Virus record (IMG/VR): IMGVR_UViG_3300028883_000005
Location: 1 to 64,000 of that record
Direction: 5' to 3' (one strand)
From: a virus
DNA: 64,000 nt
Positions 42,950 through 53,076 of the stretch are shown piece after piece. Position 1 is the stretch's first letter. Every line of letters starts with the position of its first letter. The notes under the pieces are model-generated. The model saw only the letters and a program-made list of their open reading frames with translations. It was not told where the DNA came from and did not search any database. Made by a program: the position numbers and the translations under genes.

Positions 42950-43717
42950 ATGGTAGATTTTTTCAAAGAAATTAAACCAAGACATTCCCATATTTATCCT
43001 GCTAAAATGACAGAAATGGGGTTAAGTAGGCATTTCCAGATTCCTATGTTCGATTACAATATGCAGGCGCATGTGAGGATGGGTGTTTTCTTTGAAATGG
43101 TATCGGCTTGTTTATTTGGAGGAGTATTAGTGGATTCTGTTGTGAGTGAAAAGAAAGGTATTTATATAGGATGCAAACCAGATGTTAAAAACGGAAAAGA
43201 CAAAAGGTTTATAGAGTCGAAAGCAGTTAGAATGGGCAATCAATTAAATCTTCTTCATGGACAAGTTAGTGCTTACAAAGCTCTACAAATTGTTTACCCA
43301 GGATTTGATATTTATTACTGTATTTGGAGACACTCTGTTAAAGGGATAAAATCTTATTCTGGTTCTCACATGGATCTAAATAAAGAGTTGGCTGAAAAAA
43401 CCAGGGCAGGTATACTGGTTCCTTTTAGTTTAATAGAGAGGATGTGTTTTGAAGAAGGAAACGAATTGGCCAGATATGTAGATAACAAAGCATGGCCGGA
43501 TTGTACCAGAATTAAAAGCACAATATTAAATTCTATTCTTTTTAAACCCTCGGAAACACTGGAAAAATATGGCGGAGATTACAAATACACCTACAAACGA
43601 TATAGAACACCCAGGCTAAAAGTAGACGGGGTATTTGTAGAGTCCTTTCCTATTATCGTTGTGGAAAACAAAAACGATAATTGGAAAGATAACCTTTTAA
43701 ATACTGTTCCTTTTTGA
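42950..43717 (+). CDS. PD-(D/E)XK nuclease-like protein
   Basis: G..FE...KPDV...FIESKA...Q...Y. Confidence 0.6.
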   Translation: MVDFFKEIKPRHSHIYPAKMTEMGLSRHFQIPMFDYNMQAHVRMGVFFEMVSACLFGGVLVDSVVSEKKGIYIGCKPDVKNGKDKRFIESKAVRMGNQLNLLHGQVSAYKALQIVYPGFDIYYCIWRHSVKGIKSYSGSHMDLNKELAEKTRAGILVPFSLIERMCFEEGNELARYVDNKAWPDCTRIKSTILNSILFKPSETLEKYGGDYKYTYKRYRTPRLKVDGVFVESFPIIVVENKNDNWKDNLLNTVPF

Positions 43718-43925
43718 GGCACAAACCCGGATTGGCTTGCGATGGAAAAAGGTCTAATTTGATGATATTTCATACTTTTGTACACACACATAAGCACTGG
43801 AAATGGAAAGTTCGTCAATGGGAGTGTTGCGGGCATATATGGCAGTTGCTACTTAGCAATAAATTTCCAGAGAGATATGGTTGGAGACCTGTTTGCCCTA
43901 CTTGCAAAAAGATAGGAAAGATATA

Positions 43926-45032
43926 ATGCCTTATTTGAGCAGCTTAACTTTTATCAATATCCAATCTCATAAAGAGACAATCCTACCTCTTTCTGAAGGC
44001 TTGAATATAATCAAAGGATCCTCCCACAAAGGTAAATCAGCGCTCATAAGAGGTATCAGATTGTTGCTTTTCAATGAGCCTCTGGCTCCACAAGATAAAA
44101 TAAAATCTTGGTTTTCTAGAGATAATGAGGAGCTATCCGTAACGGCAGAGTTTTCTGATGGTTCCTACGTGATCCGTACTCATAGCAAATCCTTCAATGG
44201 TTACATAGTGGGGAATGAAGATGGGGAGGGGGAGTTCGAAGCTTTAAGAGGTGACGTTCCTGAAGAAGTTAAAAAAGCATTAAATTTAGATAGAATAAAC
44301 TTCAGAGGCCAACATGATGGTTATTTCATGTTATCTTCTAAATCTGGTGAAGTTGGAAAATTGTTCAATCAGGTGGCTGGTCTGAGCGTAATAGACTTTG
44401 TTTTAGGTAACGTCAATTCTATGTCTAGAGAGACAAGCTGGAAGCTAGAATTAGCTAAAAAGGAAGTGGCTAAAGCAAAAGGTAAAATAGAGTCTCTATT
44501 ATACGCTAGAGAGGTAGAACCTAGGATTAAAGCTTTGGAGAGAAGGATAAACAGATGCTCTGCACTCACAGAGAATTTATCTGTGATGAAATCTGTTAAG
44601 AGCAGTATAAATCTCCAAGAGGAAATAATCAAAAGATCTAAAGAAAAAATATCTTTCAAATCCAAACTTCTGCTGCTAAAGTCTAAAATTGAAGAGTTTA
44701 AGACCTTAAATGGAGAGTATATATACCTTAAAAGCATAGATAGCACTATCAAAAGAGAAGAAAGAGCACACAAAGAAACCTCAGAGTGGTTGAAAGTAAA
44801 AACTAAAGCGGTCAAATTAAGAGCTAAAATCGAAGAGTACAAAACCATCGACGAAAAAAGAAAAGAACTTTCAAACATATACAACAGCATTACTAGTGCA
44901 AACTTACTGCAGAATTCGCTGTCAGAACGCTTAGAACAGCTAAAGGAAAAGCGAAAAGCACTACATAAGCAGCTTAATTATTGTCCGCGCTGCGGAGCAC
45001 ACAAGAGTCATTGGGATGATAAACGAGTTTAA
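43926..45032 (+). CDS. SbcC/Rad50 N-terminal half (Walker A, coiled coil, zinc hook)
   Basis: NIQSH, GLNIIKGSSHKGKS, Q-loop RGQHD, long coil, terminal CPRCG. Confidence 0.85.
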   Translation: MPYLSSLTFINIQSHKETILPLSEGLNIIKGSSHKGKSALIRGIRLLLFNEPLAPQDKIKSWFSRDNEELSVTAEFSDGSYVIRTHSKSFNGYIVGNEDGEGEFEALRGDVPEEVKKALNLDRINFRGQHDGYFMLSSKSGEVGKLFNQVAGLSVIDFVLGNVNSMSRETSWKLELAKKEVAKAKGKIESLLYAREVEPRIKALERRINRCSALTENLSVMKSVKSSINLQEEIIKRSKEKISFKSKLLLLKSKIEEFKTLNGEYIYLKSIDSTIKREERAHKETSEWLKVKTKAVKLRAKIEEYKTIDEKRKELSNIYNSITSANLLQNSLSERLEQLKEKRKALHKQLNYCPRCGAHKSHWDDKRV

Positions 45033-45456
45033 AGGTAAATATCGGTTTTTAAGCAACTTTAGCTCTGCTCCTATTAAAGTAGGAAATAGAGAGTACCCTA
45101 CCGTGGAGCATTATTATCAAGCAATGAAGACTGATTCTTATCTAGAACAAGAATCTATAAGACTTTGCTCGTCTCCGGCTTTAGCTAAAAAACTAGGTAG
45201 AGAAGTTAAGATTAGAAAAGACTGGGAAGAGATAAAAATAATTGTAATGCTGAGGGCTTTGAGATTAAAATTTGAAAATCCTACCCTAAGAGAAAAGCTG
45301 TTAAGTACAGGAGATCAACTTTTGGTAGAGGGCAACTGGTGGCACGATACTTATTGGGGTAGATGTAGATGTAGGATATGTGAAGGCCATGGAGAGAATA
45401 AATTAGGGTGGCTTTTAATGAAAGTAAGAAAGGAGATTAAAAATGGGAAAGAGTAA
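45016..45456 (+). CDS. NADAR family protein
   Basis: FLSNF...YPTVEHYYQAMK...AKKLGR...W.DTYWG...GENKLG..LM.VR. Confidence 0.92.
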   Translation: MINEFKGKYRFLSNFSSAPIKVGNREYPTVEHYYQAMKTDSYLEQESIRLCSSPALAKKLGREVKIRKDWEEIKIIVMLRALRLKFENPTLREKLLSTGDQLLVEGNWWHDTYWGRCRCRICEGHGENKLGWLLMKVRKEIKNGKE

Positions 45457-45769
45457 ATTCAAAACAGAAACTCTGGGTCGGAAAAACAATACTAATCCTC
45501 TCGATCATATGTTTTCAGATTTTGATAGTATTCGAATCGAAGTTAGGTTCTTTCTCAAAAACCGCCCTCGACCCTACAGAAGGCCCTATCACCGCTCTGT
45601 ATTCTATATAGGCAGAAAGGTTTCCGTGCTTAGATTTTACGGAATACTATCTGATATGTTTACAGTAAATCGCTTAATCAAGCATTTAAAAAACCTTTTT
45701 CCAGATTTTAAAATCCACAAGATAAGTACATTTAGTTTAGCTATATACACCCGAGGTGATAGAAGATGA
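45443..45769 (+). CDS. Hypothetical basic protein
   Basis: AAGGAG RBS; overlaps both neighbours. Confidence 0.55.
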   Translation: MGKSKFKTETLGRKNNTNPLDHMFSDFDSIRIEVRFFLKNRPRPYRRPYHRSVFYIGRKVSVLRFYGILSDMFTVNRLIKHLKNLFPDFKIHKISTFSLAIYTRGDRR

Positions 45770-46695
45770 AAATCGGATGTTTCGGGGATGTTCACATAAC
45801 AGACAAACGTCCTAAAAACAGAACGGATAAAGACTACCTGAACTCTCTGTATCGCAAGATAGAATGGGCTCGCGTAGAGCCCCTTAAAGAATGCGAATAC
45901 ATTATAATGCCAGGTGATATTTTTGACTCGTTTAAAGCCAGTGATTTCCTAAAGCAGTTCGCTATCCCTCTTTTCCTAAAAATGAAAGTCTTGGCTATCT
46001 ACGGTCAGCATGACTTACGATTCCATAACTCTAATAAGATGAACACACCATTAAGAGTGCTAGAAGTCGCAAAGGCTGTCACTGTACTAAATGGAAAACC
46101 TTTAGAAGTTTGCCCTGGTGTAGAGATATACGGATGCAATTGGGGGGAGGAAATACCTAAAATTGTAGACCCTGAAGCTTTAAATATCCTAGTGATTCAC
46201 TTGATGGTGATTAAAGATGAAAAGCTTTGGTCAGCACAAGAGGGTCATTCTATGGCTAAAATTCTATTAAGAACTTCTGGCTTTGATCTGATAATTTCTG
46301 GCGATAATCATCAGAGATTCACCAGCAATTATAAAGACAAGGCTTTAATCAATATGGGGTCTCTAATGAGATCTAAAATAGACCAAGTAGACCACAAACC
46401 TGCTGTAGCCGTTTTTGATACGGAAACTAAAAAAGTAGAAGTGATAGATATCCCTGTGAAGCCTATAAATGAAATCTTTAGGATAGAAGAGGCACAAAAA
46501 GAAGCTGATAGGAGTGAGCAATTAGAGTCTTTCATTGAAGGTTTAGAATCCACAGAGGAGATCGAAGGTCTAGATTTCAAAGCGAATGTTGAAGAATGGA
46601 TAAAAGATAACAAGGAAGAGCAGGATCCTGAGATTATAAAAATCATGGAGGAGGCTTTAGAATGGAAGAAATCGAGCAAGAAATCCAATCTTTAG
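45766..46695 (+). CDS. SbcD/Mre11 metallophosphoesterase nuclease
   Basis: GDVH, PGDIFD, YGQHD, SGDNH, NMGSLMR. Confidence 0.9.
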   Translation: MKIGCFGDVHITDKRPKNRTDKDYLNSLYRKIEWARVEPLKECEYIIMPGDIFDSFKASDFLKQFAIPLFLKMKVLAIYGQHDLRFHNSNKMNTPLRVLEVAKAVTVLNGKPLEVCPGVEIYGCNWGEEIPKIVDPEALNILVIHLMVIKDEKLWSAQEGHSMAKILLRTSGFDLIISGDNHQRFTSNYKDKALINMGSLMRSKIDQVDHKPAVAVFDTETKKVEVIDIPVKPINEIFRIEEAQKEADRSEQLESFIEGLESTEEIEGLDFKANVEEWIKDNKEEQDPEIIKIMEEALEWKKSSKKSNL

Positions 46696-46895
46696 AAAAA
46701 GAGATAGCTAAGGCAGAACGGGACTTAGCTAAATCTGAAGGCGTAATTGAAAGCGAAAAGCTCCGCCTAGAAACTATAGGTGTATCTTATGAAGATTTGG
46801 AAGACAAACTATCAGTGATGGGTTCCCAGCTCAAAAAGATTTCCGAGGAAGCACAAAAGGAACTCGAAGAAATAAAAGGTGGATACCAATGGTAG
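46662..46895 (+). CDS. Short coiled-coil protein (probable SbcC middle fragment)
   Basis: Pure heptad pattern, directly before the SbcC C-terminal half. Confidence 0.6.
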   Translation: MEEIEQEIQSLEKEIAKAERDLAKSEGVIESEKLRLETIGVSYEDLEDKLSVMGSQLKKISEEAQKELEEIKGGYQW

Positions 46896-47515
46896 ATACT
46901 TTAATCTCTTCTTTTAATGAGCTAAAAGAAGCCTGGTCTAAAAAGATGAATACTCTTTCGGACTCCGAGGAAGACCTTAAAAAAGCTGAAGAGGAGAAAA
47001 TTTCTCTGGAGGAAAGAGATATCAATATAAAAAAAGTAAGGGCCATACTTCAAGATATAGCTTATAAAACACAAAAGAACTTAGAGTTTCATGTATCTTC
47101 TTTAGTTACCACCTCTTTGAAGCATGTAGACATAGAGTGGCCGGATTATGAAATAGAATTTGTGAAGAGAAGGAACACAACAGAATGCGATGTGTTCTTC
47201 GTAGAAAACGAGAGAAAGCAACATCCCTTAGATGAAGGGGGAGGTGGGGCTTGTGATGTAGCCGCTTTCTCTCAGCTAATAAGCTATTGGACCCTCAAAA
47301 AGAATAATCCTATTTTTATCTTGGACGAGCCCTTTAGAAATGTAAGCCCAGATTTACAAGATAGAATATCTGACATGCTAAAAATGCTCTGCAAAAAATT
47401 AAAGCTTCAGATTTTGATGGTAAGTCATGCTGAAGATGTAAATATTGCTGCGGACAGAACTTACGTGGCAACCAAAGAAGGAGATGTTTCGGAACTTAAG
47501 ATTTTAACTAATTAG
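46889..47515 (+). CDS. SbcC/Rad50 C-terminal half
   Basis: Coil, then EGGGGACDV signature-like, ILDEPF Walker B/D-loop, MVSH H-loop. Confidence 0.85.
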   Translation: MVDTLISSFNELKEAWSKKMNTLSDSEEDLKKAEEEKISLEERDINIKKVRAILQDIAYKTQKNLEFHVSSLVTTSLKHVDIEWPDYEIEFVKRRNTTECDVFFVENERKQHPLDEGGGGACDVAAFSQLISYWTLKKNNPIFILDEPFRNVSPDLQDRISDMLKMLCKKLKLQILMVSHAEDVNIAADRTYVATKEGDVSELKILTN

Positions 47516-47525
47516 GAGGTGTGCG

Positions 47526-47933
47526 ATGTCAAAATGGGTAATGTTGATTTTAGTGATTATGATAGGATCTCTGTCTTCTCTGGCTTTTTGTAACGATAGA
47601 GATTCCAAATGGGTTACACCCTCTGAGCCGGGATGTAAAGATCAGTATCGATGGTCAATGGACAAAAACAAGGCTGGTCAAGAATTTATGATCATTGATA
47701 CTGCCCAAGACCTTCTTAAAGAAACTATGGTTTTGGAGAGGATGCAAGATGTGGTTAAAAAGGGCACCAAACTAGGAATCTCTCTATTTGGTAAGTTCTC
47801 TAACCATAGTGAAACCCAAAAGGTTCTGATATCTAGGAGGCAGATTCTTGTTTTCAAATACCCTCTGCCAATGACCTGGACCGACTACCAAAAGGATATC
47901 ATATCCTTGCTCAAGAAACACTTATGTAAATAG
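47526..47933 (+). CDS. Secreted or periplasmic hypothetical protein
   Basis: N-terminal signal-like MSKWVMLILVIMIGSLSSLA; AGGAGG RBS. Confidence 0.6.
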   Translation: MSKWVMLILVIMIGSLSSLAFCNDRDSKWVTPSEPGCKDQYRWSMDKNKAGQEFMIIDTAQDLLKETMVLERMQDVVKKGTKLGISLFGKFSNHSETQKVLISRRQILVFKYPLPMTWTDYQKDIISLLKKHLCK

Positions 47934-47941
47934 GAGGAATT

Positions 47942-48277
47942 ATGACATCCATCGTTTGTTTTTTAGTGAGGGGGTTAGGCCATATTATAGGTGAGGACGG
48001 AGGAAAGGCCCACCACAAAGTTAATATTAGATATCCAGGTCTGGTGATACCAGTAAATTCCGAAGGCAGAGAGGCCTACTATCTGCAGTCTATTATACCT
48101 GGCTTTATGAAAGACCCCTCCACCATCGCACGATCCTTCAATGTACCTGCTGAGGATATAATTATGAAAGGAGATATAGATCCAGATATGGAAAATTTGT
48201 ACATCTCATGGAAAGCAGAGCAAATCCGAAAATGGTCGGGTCTTATAATTTCAGGAGGTCCTAAGCGGGCACAGTAG
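47942..48277 (+). CDS. Hypothetical protein
   Basis: AGGAGG RBS; last plus-strand gene, converges with the minus-strand block. Confidence 0.6.
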   Translation: MTSIVCFLVRGLGHIIGEDGGKAHHKVNIRYPGLVIPVNSEGREAYYLQSIIPGFMKDPSTIARSFNVPAEDIIMKGDIDPDMENLYISWKAEQIRKWSGLIISGGPKRAQ

Positions 48278-49211
48278 ATTCATCTATCAACCCTTTAGAG
48301 GCAGCTTTTTGCATCCATTCATTAATTGTCATCACTTGCCTAGATTCAATAAGCTGCCTCTGTTTCCACCCTTTCTTTAAAACATCATTCATAATATCAT
48401 CTAGCACGTTTGGTCTACCTTTAGCGATATTCCTAAAAGATTTAAGAACCTCCACTCCACCAAAAAGATAATGAGCTAAAAATCTATTTCTAAGAGAATC
48501 ATCGTAGTTACTACTATATCCTCTTTTTTCACCATGATGGGCGAGACTCCCTTTATTCCAAATCCATTTTTTCTTCCCCAAGACTGCCAGTGTGTAATTC
48601 ATAAAGTGCTCTCCACCAGAGTAAATTCCGAACTCAGGATTCCACCCTCCTGTAAGATCATAAATAGATTTATGAATCATCATACCACAAGTTGACATAC
48701 AAGGCACCTCATAAGGAGTATCAGATTCTCTATACCCTGTAAATCTGTAATCAAAGAAAGCCCCTTTATCCAAGAGAAATTTGTAAATAAGTTTATGCGG
48801 TTCTAGAACCTTATAGTTAATAGGGAGATGAATAGTTCCATCTAATTCTTCCCAATTTTCTTTATAGTATTTAAACATAGAATAAATAGAGTCTCTGGTA
48901 GGAACAACATGAGAATCACAAAAGAGTAGAAATTTTCCAGAGCTTTTACTAATGCCCATCCTTTTAGCGTTCCAATGAGAAAGTTTGGTTTTGTACTCTA
49001 CATATCTAAGCCAAGAACAAACACCAGCACCTGCTCTGACAGCCTCTCCGGATTTATCCTCAGATCTATCCACATAGCCGTCGGCATAGTTATCTACAGC
49101 AATGATCTCAAAATCAACTCTTCCTAACAGCTCCTCTGCTATACTGCGAATTGTAAATATCACTTGAGGATACTCATTCACGAATGGGATTATAATAGAT
49201 AGTTCTGCCAT
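48261..49211 (-). CDS. GT2 family glycosyltransferase
   Basis: LSIIIPFVNE, IIAVDN, LLFCDSH, GGWNPEF..YSGGE. Confidence 0.85.
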   Translation of the reverse strand: MAELSIIIPFVNEYPQVIFTIRSIAEELLGRVDFEIIAVDNYADGYVDRSEDKSGEAVRAGAGVCSWLRYVEYKTKLSHWNAKRMGISKSSGKFLLFCDSHVVPTRDSIYSMFKYYKENWEELDGTIHLPINYKVLEPHKLIYKFLLDKGAFFDYRFTGYRESDTPYEVPCMSTCGMMIHKSIYDLTGGWNPEFGIYSGGEHFMNYTLAVLGKKKWIWNKGSLAHHGEKRGYSSNYDDSLRNRFLAHYLFGGVEVLKSFRNIAKGRPNVLDDIMNDVLKKGWKQRQLIESRQVMTINEWMQKAASKGLIDESTVPA

Positions 49212-49262
49212 TTCCTTTAGTCCTTATTTATTGTTTAATTTCACAAGCTTACAGTAAATTTT

Positions 49263-49324
49263 AAGACGGGCTCTAAGCATGAATTCTGCACGATTTTTAG
49301 TGTCTTAATGCATTAGTATGCATT
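49263..49324. repeat. Dispersed ~60-bp element, copy 4
   Basis: AAGACGGGCTCTAAGCATGAATTCTGCACG...TAATGCATTAGTATGCATT. Confidence 0.92.
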
Positions 49325-49334
49325 AAATTTATAC

Positions 49335-50003
49335 CTATAAGCGATAACCATATTTATAAGCTACCTTCTTCAATTGAAGGGCTAGCCTTTTGTTTTCAGA
49401 TTTCAGATCTTCAAAGGTTAATTCCGGATTAAATATTTTTCTTTTAGGGGTAGTGTGAACTTTTTGGCCTAGACTTTGTATTTTTTGATACATTTCTTCA
49501 GAATATTTTAGATTCACTCCCTTGCAGAACTTATTTACTTTACCTTTATATTTAAAATCCTCAACCTTAATTGTATAATCAAAATTATAATTCTTTTTAC
49601 ATTCCCTATTCCAAATTATCCACCAAATTAAAACATAAGAAGGAGTTCCTGACAAGTGGTTGTATTGAGGAAAGCCTCTTCTAAAAATATCTAACCCAGA
49701 TCTTTTTCGGGTTAAATCTATATTATACATCGAAGAGATAACCTTAACAGGATTCCTGACTAGATGAATATACTTCACATCATGACCTGCCATAATTTTA
49801 TGGGTAGCTCTAGATCTATCTTTTTCACCTAAATACCAAGAACAGATGCCATTTTTGTTGAACCCTTCATGACCCACCTTATAACCTAAAATCTCAAAAA
49901 CCTTAGTCATATAAAGGGTTCCGCTTCTTCCGCACCCAACCACCACAAACTTTTTAACTTTAGGGTCTTTAGATAGCTTATTTAGATTAGGTATCATCCT
50001 CAT
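49335..50003 (-). CDS. Sulfotransferase-fold protein
   Basis: VVGCGRSGT (PAPS-binding loop), GHE, IHLVRNP...ISS, KVED. Confidence 0.75.
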   Translation of the reverse strand: MRMIPNLNKLSKDPKVKKFVVVGCGRSGTLYMTKVFEILGYKVGHEGFNKNGICSWYLGEKDRSRATHKIMAGHDVKYIHLVRNPVKVISSMYNIDLTRKRSGLDIFRRGFPQYNHLSGTPSYVLIWWIIWNRECKKNYNFDYTIKVEDFKYKGKVNKFCKGVNLKYSEEMYQKIQSLGQKVHTTPKRKIFNPELTFEDLKSENKRLALQLKKVAYKYGYRL

Positions 50004-50656
50004 GGTACCTTACTCATCTCCCTTCTGTATATTTCTTTCTCTTTGTTCATTAAATATCTAATTTCCATATTAGATCTTAAGGTTTCCCCTACTTTATGAG
50101 TGATTGGATTATATAAATCTTTAAACCAAAAGTATTTATTCCTCTTGGTAAAGTTCCAAATCCAATCGTCTCCGCAAAAGAACTTTAAAGAGGACGGAAT
50201 ATGTGGTATTTTCTTCACCAAAGAGTTTCTAATCGTAAAAGCCCATCCTTCTCTTTTCTTCATTCCCTTAATCTTAACTTCAGGTGTTACGGTAGATAAA
50301 GCGGACTTTGAGGTGACATTAGGGCAAATAACCCCTGCTCTGGATCTTATATTAAAGCATTTTTCTATCTTATAGAAAAATAAAGGTGTGATTTCTATAT
50401 CATCGTTCAAGATTGAAAGATGATTTCCTTCTTTACACTTTCTAAGTCCATAATTCCAAGCGGGGTTCACTCCTACATTTTTCTTGGGTGTTACTATTTT
50501 AACAGGGTATTCATAAGCCCTAGAGAAATTTAAAGCTTTCTCTGAGTTATTAATTACAGTTACCCTATAAGGTAAGGTTTCGTTTTTGTTTATCTGGGAC
50601 AGAACAGCTAGGACTAGGTCTTCATTCATAGTAGGTATTAGAACTTCTATGCTCAT
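50000..50656 (-). CDS. GT2-like glycosyltransferase
   Basis: VLIPTMN, VINN, NVGVNPAWN, ILNDD, FCGDDW. Confidence 0.8.
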   Translation of the reverse strand: MSIEVLIPTMNEDLVLAVLSQINKNETLPYRVTVINNSEKALNFSRAYEYPVKIVTPKKNVGVNPAWNYGLRKCKEGNHLSILNDDIEITPLFFYKIEKCFNIRSRAGVICPNVTSKSALSTVTPEVKIKGMKKREGWAFTIRNSLVKKIPHIPSSLKFFCGDDWIWNFTKRNKYFWFKDLYNPITHKVGETLRSNMEIRYLMNKEKEIYRREMSKVP

Positions 50657-51387
50657 TATATCTTTTCCCAGCAGGTGAAGTGTTGAGGGTTTCCAGACTT
50701 ACGCCATCCATTTTCTTCCATCCATTTTCTTCCTATATCTTCTAAACAAGGAGGTGCCTCCTGGGGGTGGTAAATTCCAAACCTCCATTGATTTAAATAA
50801 TCACCCATCCATCTTCCTTTTATTTGTTTCTCAGGATTATGAACAGGATCTATTCTAGCTATAGCCCCTTTAGCAAAAGCTGTCCTGTTTAGAGAAGGAT
50901 GACCACACCACCCTGCAGCACCTTTATCTGCTTGAGGGCACTCAAAAAACTTACCGTTCCATAAAAAGAAATGCTTCCAATTCTTTAAGTGTTCTGAAGT
51001 AGATCTAAATTTACTCAATCTCAGATGAGCTAGAGTTATATTATCCTCCATTATTTCAATCATTTCATTGAAATCTAGTTTTCTTTTTAAGAGCCAATCT
51101 TCTTCTAAATGAAATAAATAAGGAGCCCTAGCTAAATTCCATACGGTTAGGAAGGCTTTAGGAAAAAAAGCTCTACTAGGGCGAGTGGCTTTGATCTCTT
51201 TGAAATATTTAGAACATACCCTAATAACATCCTTATAGCGGTTATTTTCAGATCCTACAGGGTCTATATTAATTACCAATCTTAGATCACCTGAAAACCC
51301 TGAGAATAGGTTTTCAAAAAAAGACTCTAAAGTTCTATCGATTAGCTCTGGTCTCCAGGTGGCGGTCATAGTGACATCTACTTTCAT
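50656..51387 (-). CDS. GT-A fold glycosyltransferase
   Basis: TATWRPEL..RTL.SF, INID, FHLEEDW. Confidence 0.75.
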   Translation of the reverse strand: MKVDVTMTATWRPELIDRTLESFFENLFSGFSGDLRLVINIDPVGSENNRYKDVIRVCSKYFKEIKATRPSRAFFPKAFLTVWNLARAPYLFHLEEDWLLKRKLDFNEMIEIMEDNITLAHLRLSKFRSTSEHLKNWKHFFLWNGKFFECPQADKGAAGWCGHPSLNRTAFAKGAIARIDPVHNPEKQIKGRWMGDYLNQWRFGIYHPQEAPPCLEDIGRKWMEENGWRKSGNPQHFTCWEKI

Positions 51388-51971
51388 TTCTTCACCTTTT
51401 CAAATATTGCTGCATTTTTATGGAAAGCCTCTATTCCTGGCTTAAGAGCCCAAGGACTTAAATACTTTTTGAATAAATTTGTAAGAACAGGTCTGTACTC
51501 ATATCCTTTATTTCTAAACTTTTCTATCCAGTACTCCAAAGGTTGGCAATTTACATGATAATGGCCCTTTTGACCAGGAGGTGCGGCGGAAAGGATTAGT
51601 TTATCAGACAATTTAATCAAATTGTCTACTAAAATATCAGAGTACTCCTTCTCTATATGCTCCATTACTTCTAAGCAAGAGCAGAGGTCCATGCGGAGGA
51701 GGCCTTCTAGAGGCTCTCTCAGGTCTCGTATTAGAATATTATCTGTCATTCTAAATTCCCAACAATGAGTGCTGCCTTCAATTCCCCAAGAATAGTGACC
51801 TCTGCGGCCCATTTCAAACACCAAATCTCCAGTAGCACACCCTACATCTATATAAGAGAAAATATCTGGGTATAATTTCTCGAAGGCGTCTGCTACATGG
51901 AGTGCTCTCCAATTGAACTTATACCTTCTGGTAAAGAAAGCCCGTTTATAAATATCCACCAAAGGCTTCAT
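51384..51971 (-). CDS. Class I SAM-dependent methyltransferase
   Basis: IDVGCATG, DLCSCLEVMEH, SAAPPGQKGHYHVNCQ...YW. Confidence 0.85.
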   Translation of the reverse strand: MKPLVDIYKRAFFTRRYKFNWRALHVADAFEKLYPDIFSYIDVGCATGDLVFEMGRRGHYSWGIEGSTHCWEFRMTDNILIRDLREPLEGLLRMDLCSCLEVMEHIEKEYSDILVDNLIKLSDKLILSAAPPGQKGHYHVNCQPLEYWIEKFRNKGYEYRPVLTNLFKKYLSPWALKPGIEAFHKNAAIFEKVKK

Positions 51972-53076
51972 TGCTATACCTCTCTTTGATAAAATCCAGA
52001 GAAGGTGCTGATTCTCCGAAACTAGAAAACAATCTGCCCATCGTAGGAATTAAATAATCCGACCCTGATGTCTTATTATACCAACTGGTGGCTTTGTTAC
52101 GATCTTTAGGACTGTAATGCTTTAGAATGTCTCTAAACAAACGGGCTACGGAACCGAAATCGTCTTTATTTTTGGGAACGGTACAATACTTTCCATAAGT
52201 GATATAAGGAGAATGATAAGCAGGTGTTCCTATGATTAATTGACAGCCGCATCTTAAGGCTTCAATAGGTCCTCTATCGTTTTGGCCTGAAGTGCCTAAA
52301 TGAACGAACACTTTAGAAGAGTTGAGAATTACATTTAGATCTGATCTAGGAACCATACCAGGCATGTCAACACCAAGGTCTTTGGCTAAACCCAAAATTT
52401 TGTTTGTTTGGGTGCTATGACGAACAGCCCCAGGCATTATACATTTAGGAATTTTACCGTATATTTTTTTGTACTCCTCTAGAGCTCGAATTGTTCTCCA
52501 CTGACCTTTTCTATCGTGTATAAAACTAGCACCTATGCAAAAGTCATATATAGGATTAGATTCTGGTATGAATCTAAATATTTCTTCGTGAACTGGTTTA
52601 GAGAAAGGGAACCAGAGTCTGTTTTCTGTATCTATTCTCAGTTCCAAATCTAAATCGTCTAAAATAGCATCCCACCAGGGCCATCTTTGTCTTCCTGTGT
52701 TAGCTGCATAAAGAACTAACCAGTGCTTTCCCTTCTTAGAGGCTAACCAATCATGCCAACCTCTAAAGCCCCCTCGAACAAACAAAACATCTCCTTTTCT
52801 TAGAACTTTATCTACTTCGGAGATGTGGGGCACTACAAACCCTAAATTACCATTGAGTTTGAATCTTCCGCATCCTCTAGAAGATTCTATTATCAAAAGC
52901 ATATCTTTAATGAATCCTTTAGCCTTCATTTCTTTTAGCATCCAGTAAAGGCCTTCGGACTCTAAGCCACCGTTGTCTAGATACTTATTTTGGGCAGTAG
53001 CTTTGGGATTCCAAGTAGGAATATCATTAGTTCCACCGGTGGTCATAAACAAAAACACTACTCTCATTCTACCCAT
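51946..53076 (-). CDS. GT-B glycosyltransferase
   Basis: DRKGQ, GMVPRSDL..ILN.SK, NDRGPIEALRCG. Confidence 0.7.
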   Translation of the reverse strand: MGRMRVVFLFMTTGGTNDIPTWNPKATAQNKYLDNGGLESEGLYWMLKEMKAKGFIKDMLLIIESSRGCGRFKLNGNLGFVVPHISEVDKVLRKGDVLFVRGGFRGWHDWLASKKGKHWLVLYAANTGRQRWPWWDAILDDLDLELRIDTENRLWFPFSKPVHEEIFRFIPESNPIYDFCIGASFIHDRKGQWRTIRALEEYKKIYGKIPKCIMPGAVRHSTQTNKILGLAKDLGVDMPGMVPRSDLNVILNSSKVFVHLGTSGQNDRGPIEALRCGCQLIIGTPAYHSPYITYGKYCTVPKNKDDFGSVARLFRDILKHYSPKDRNKATSWYNKTSGSDYLIPTMGRLFSSFGESAPSLDFIKERYSNEAFGGYL

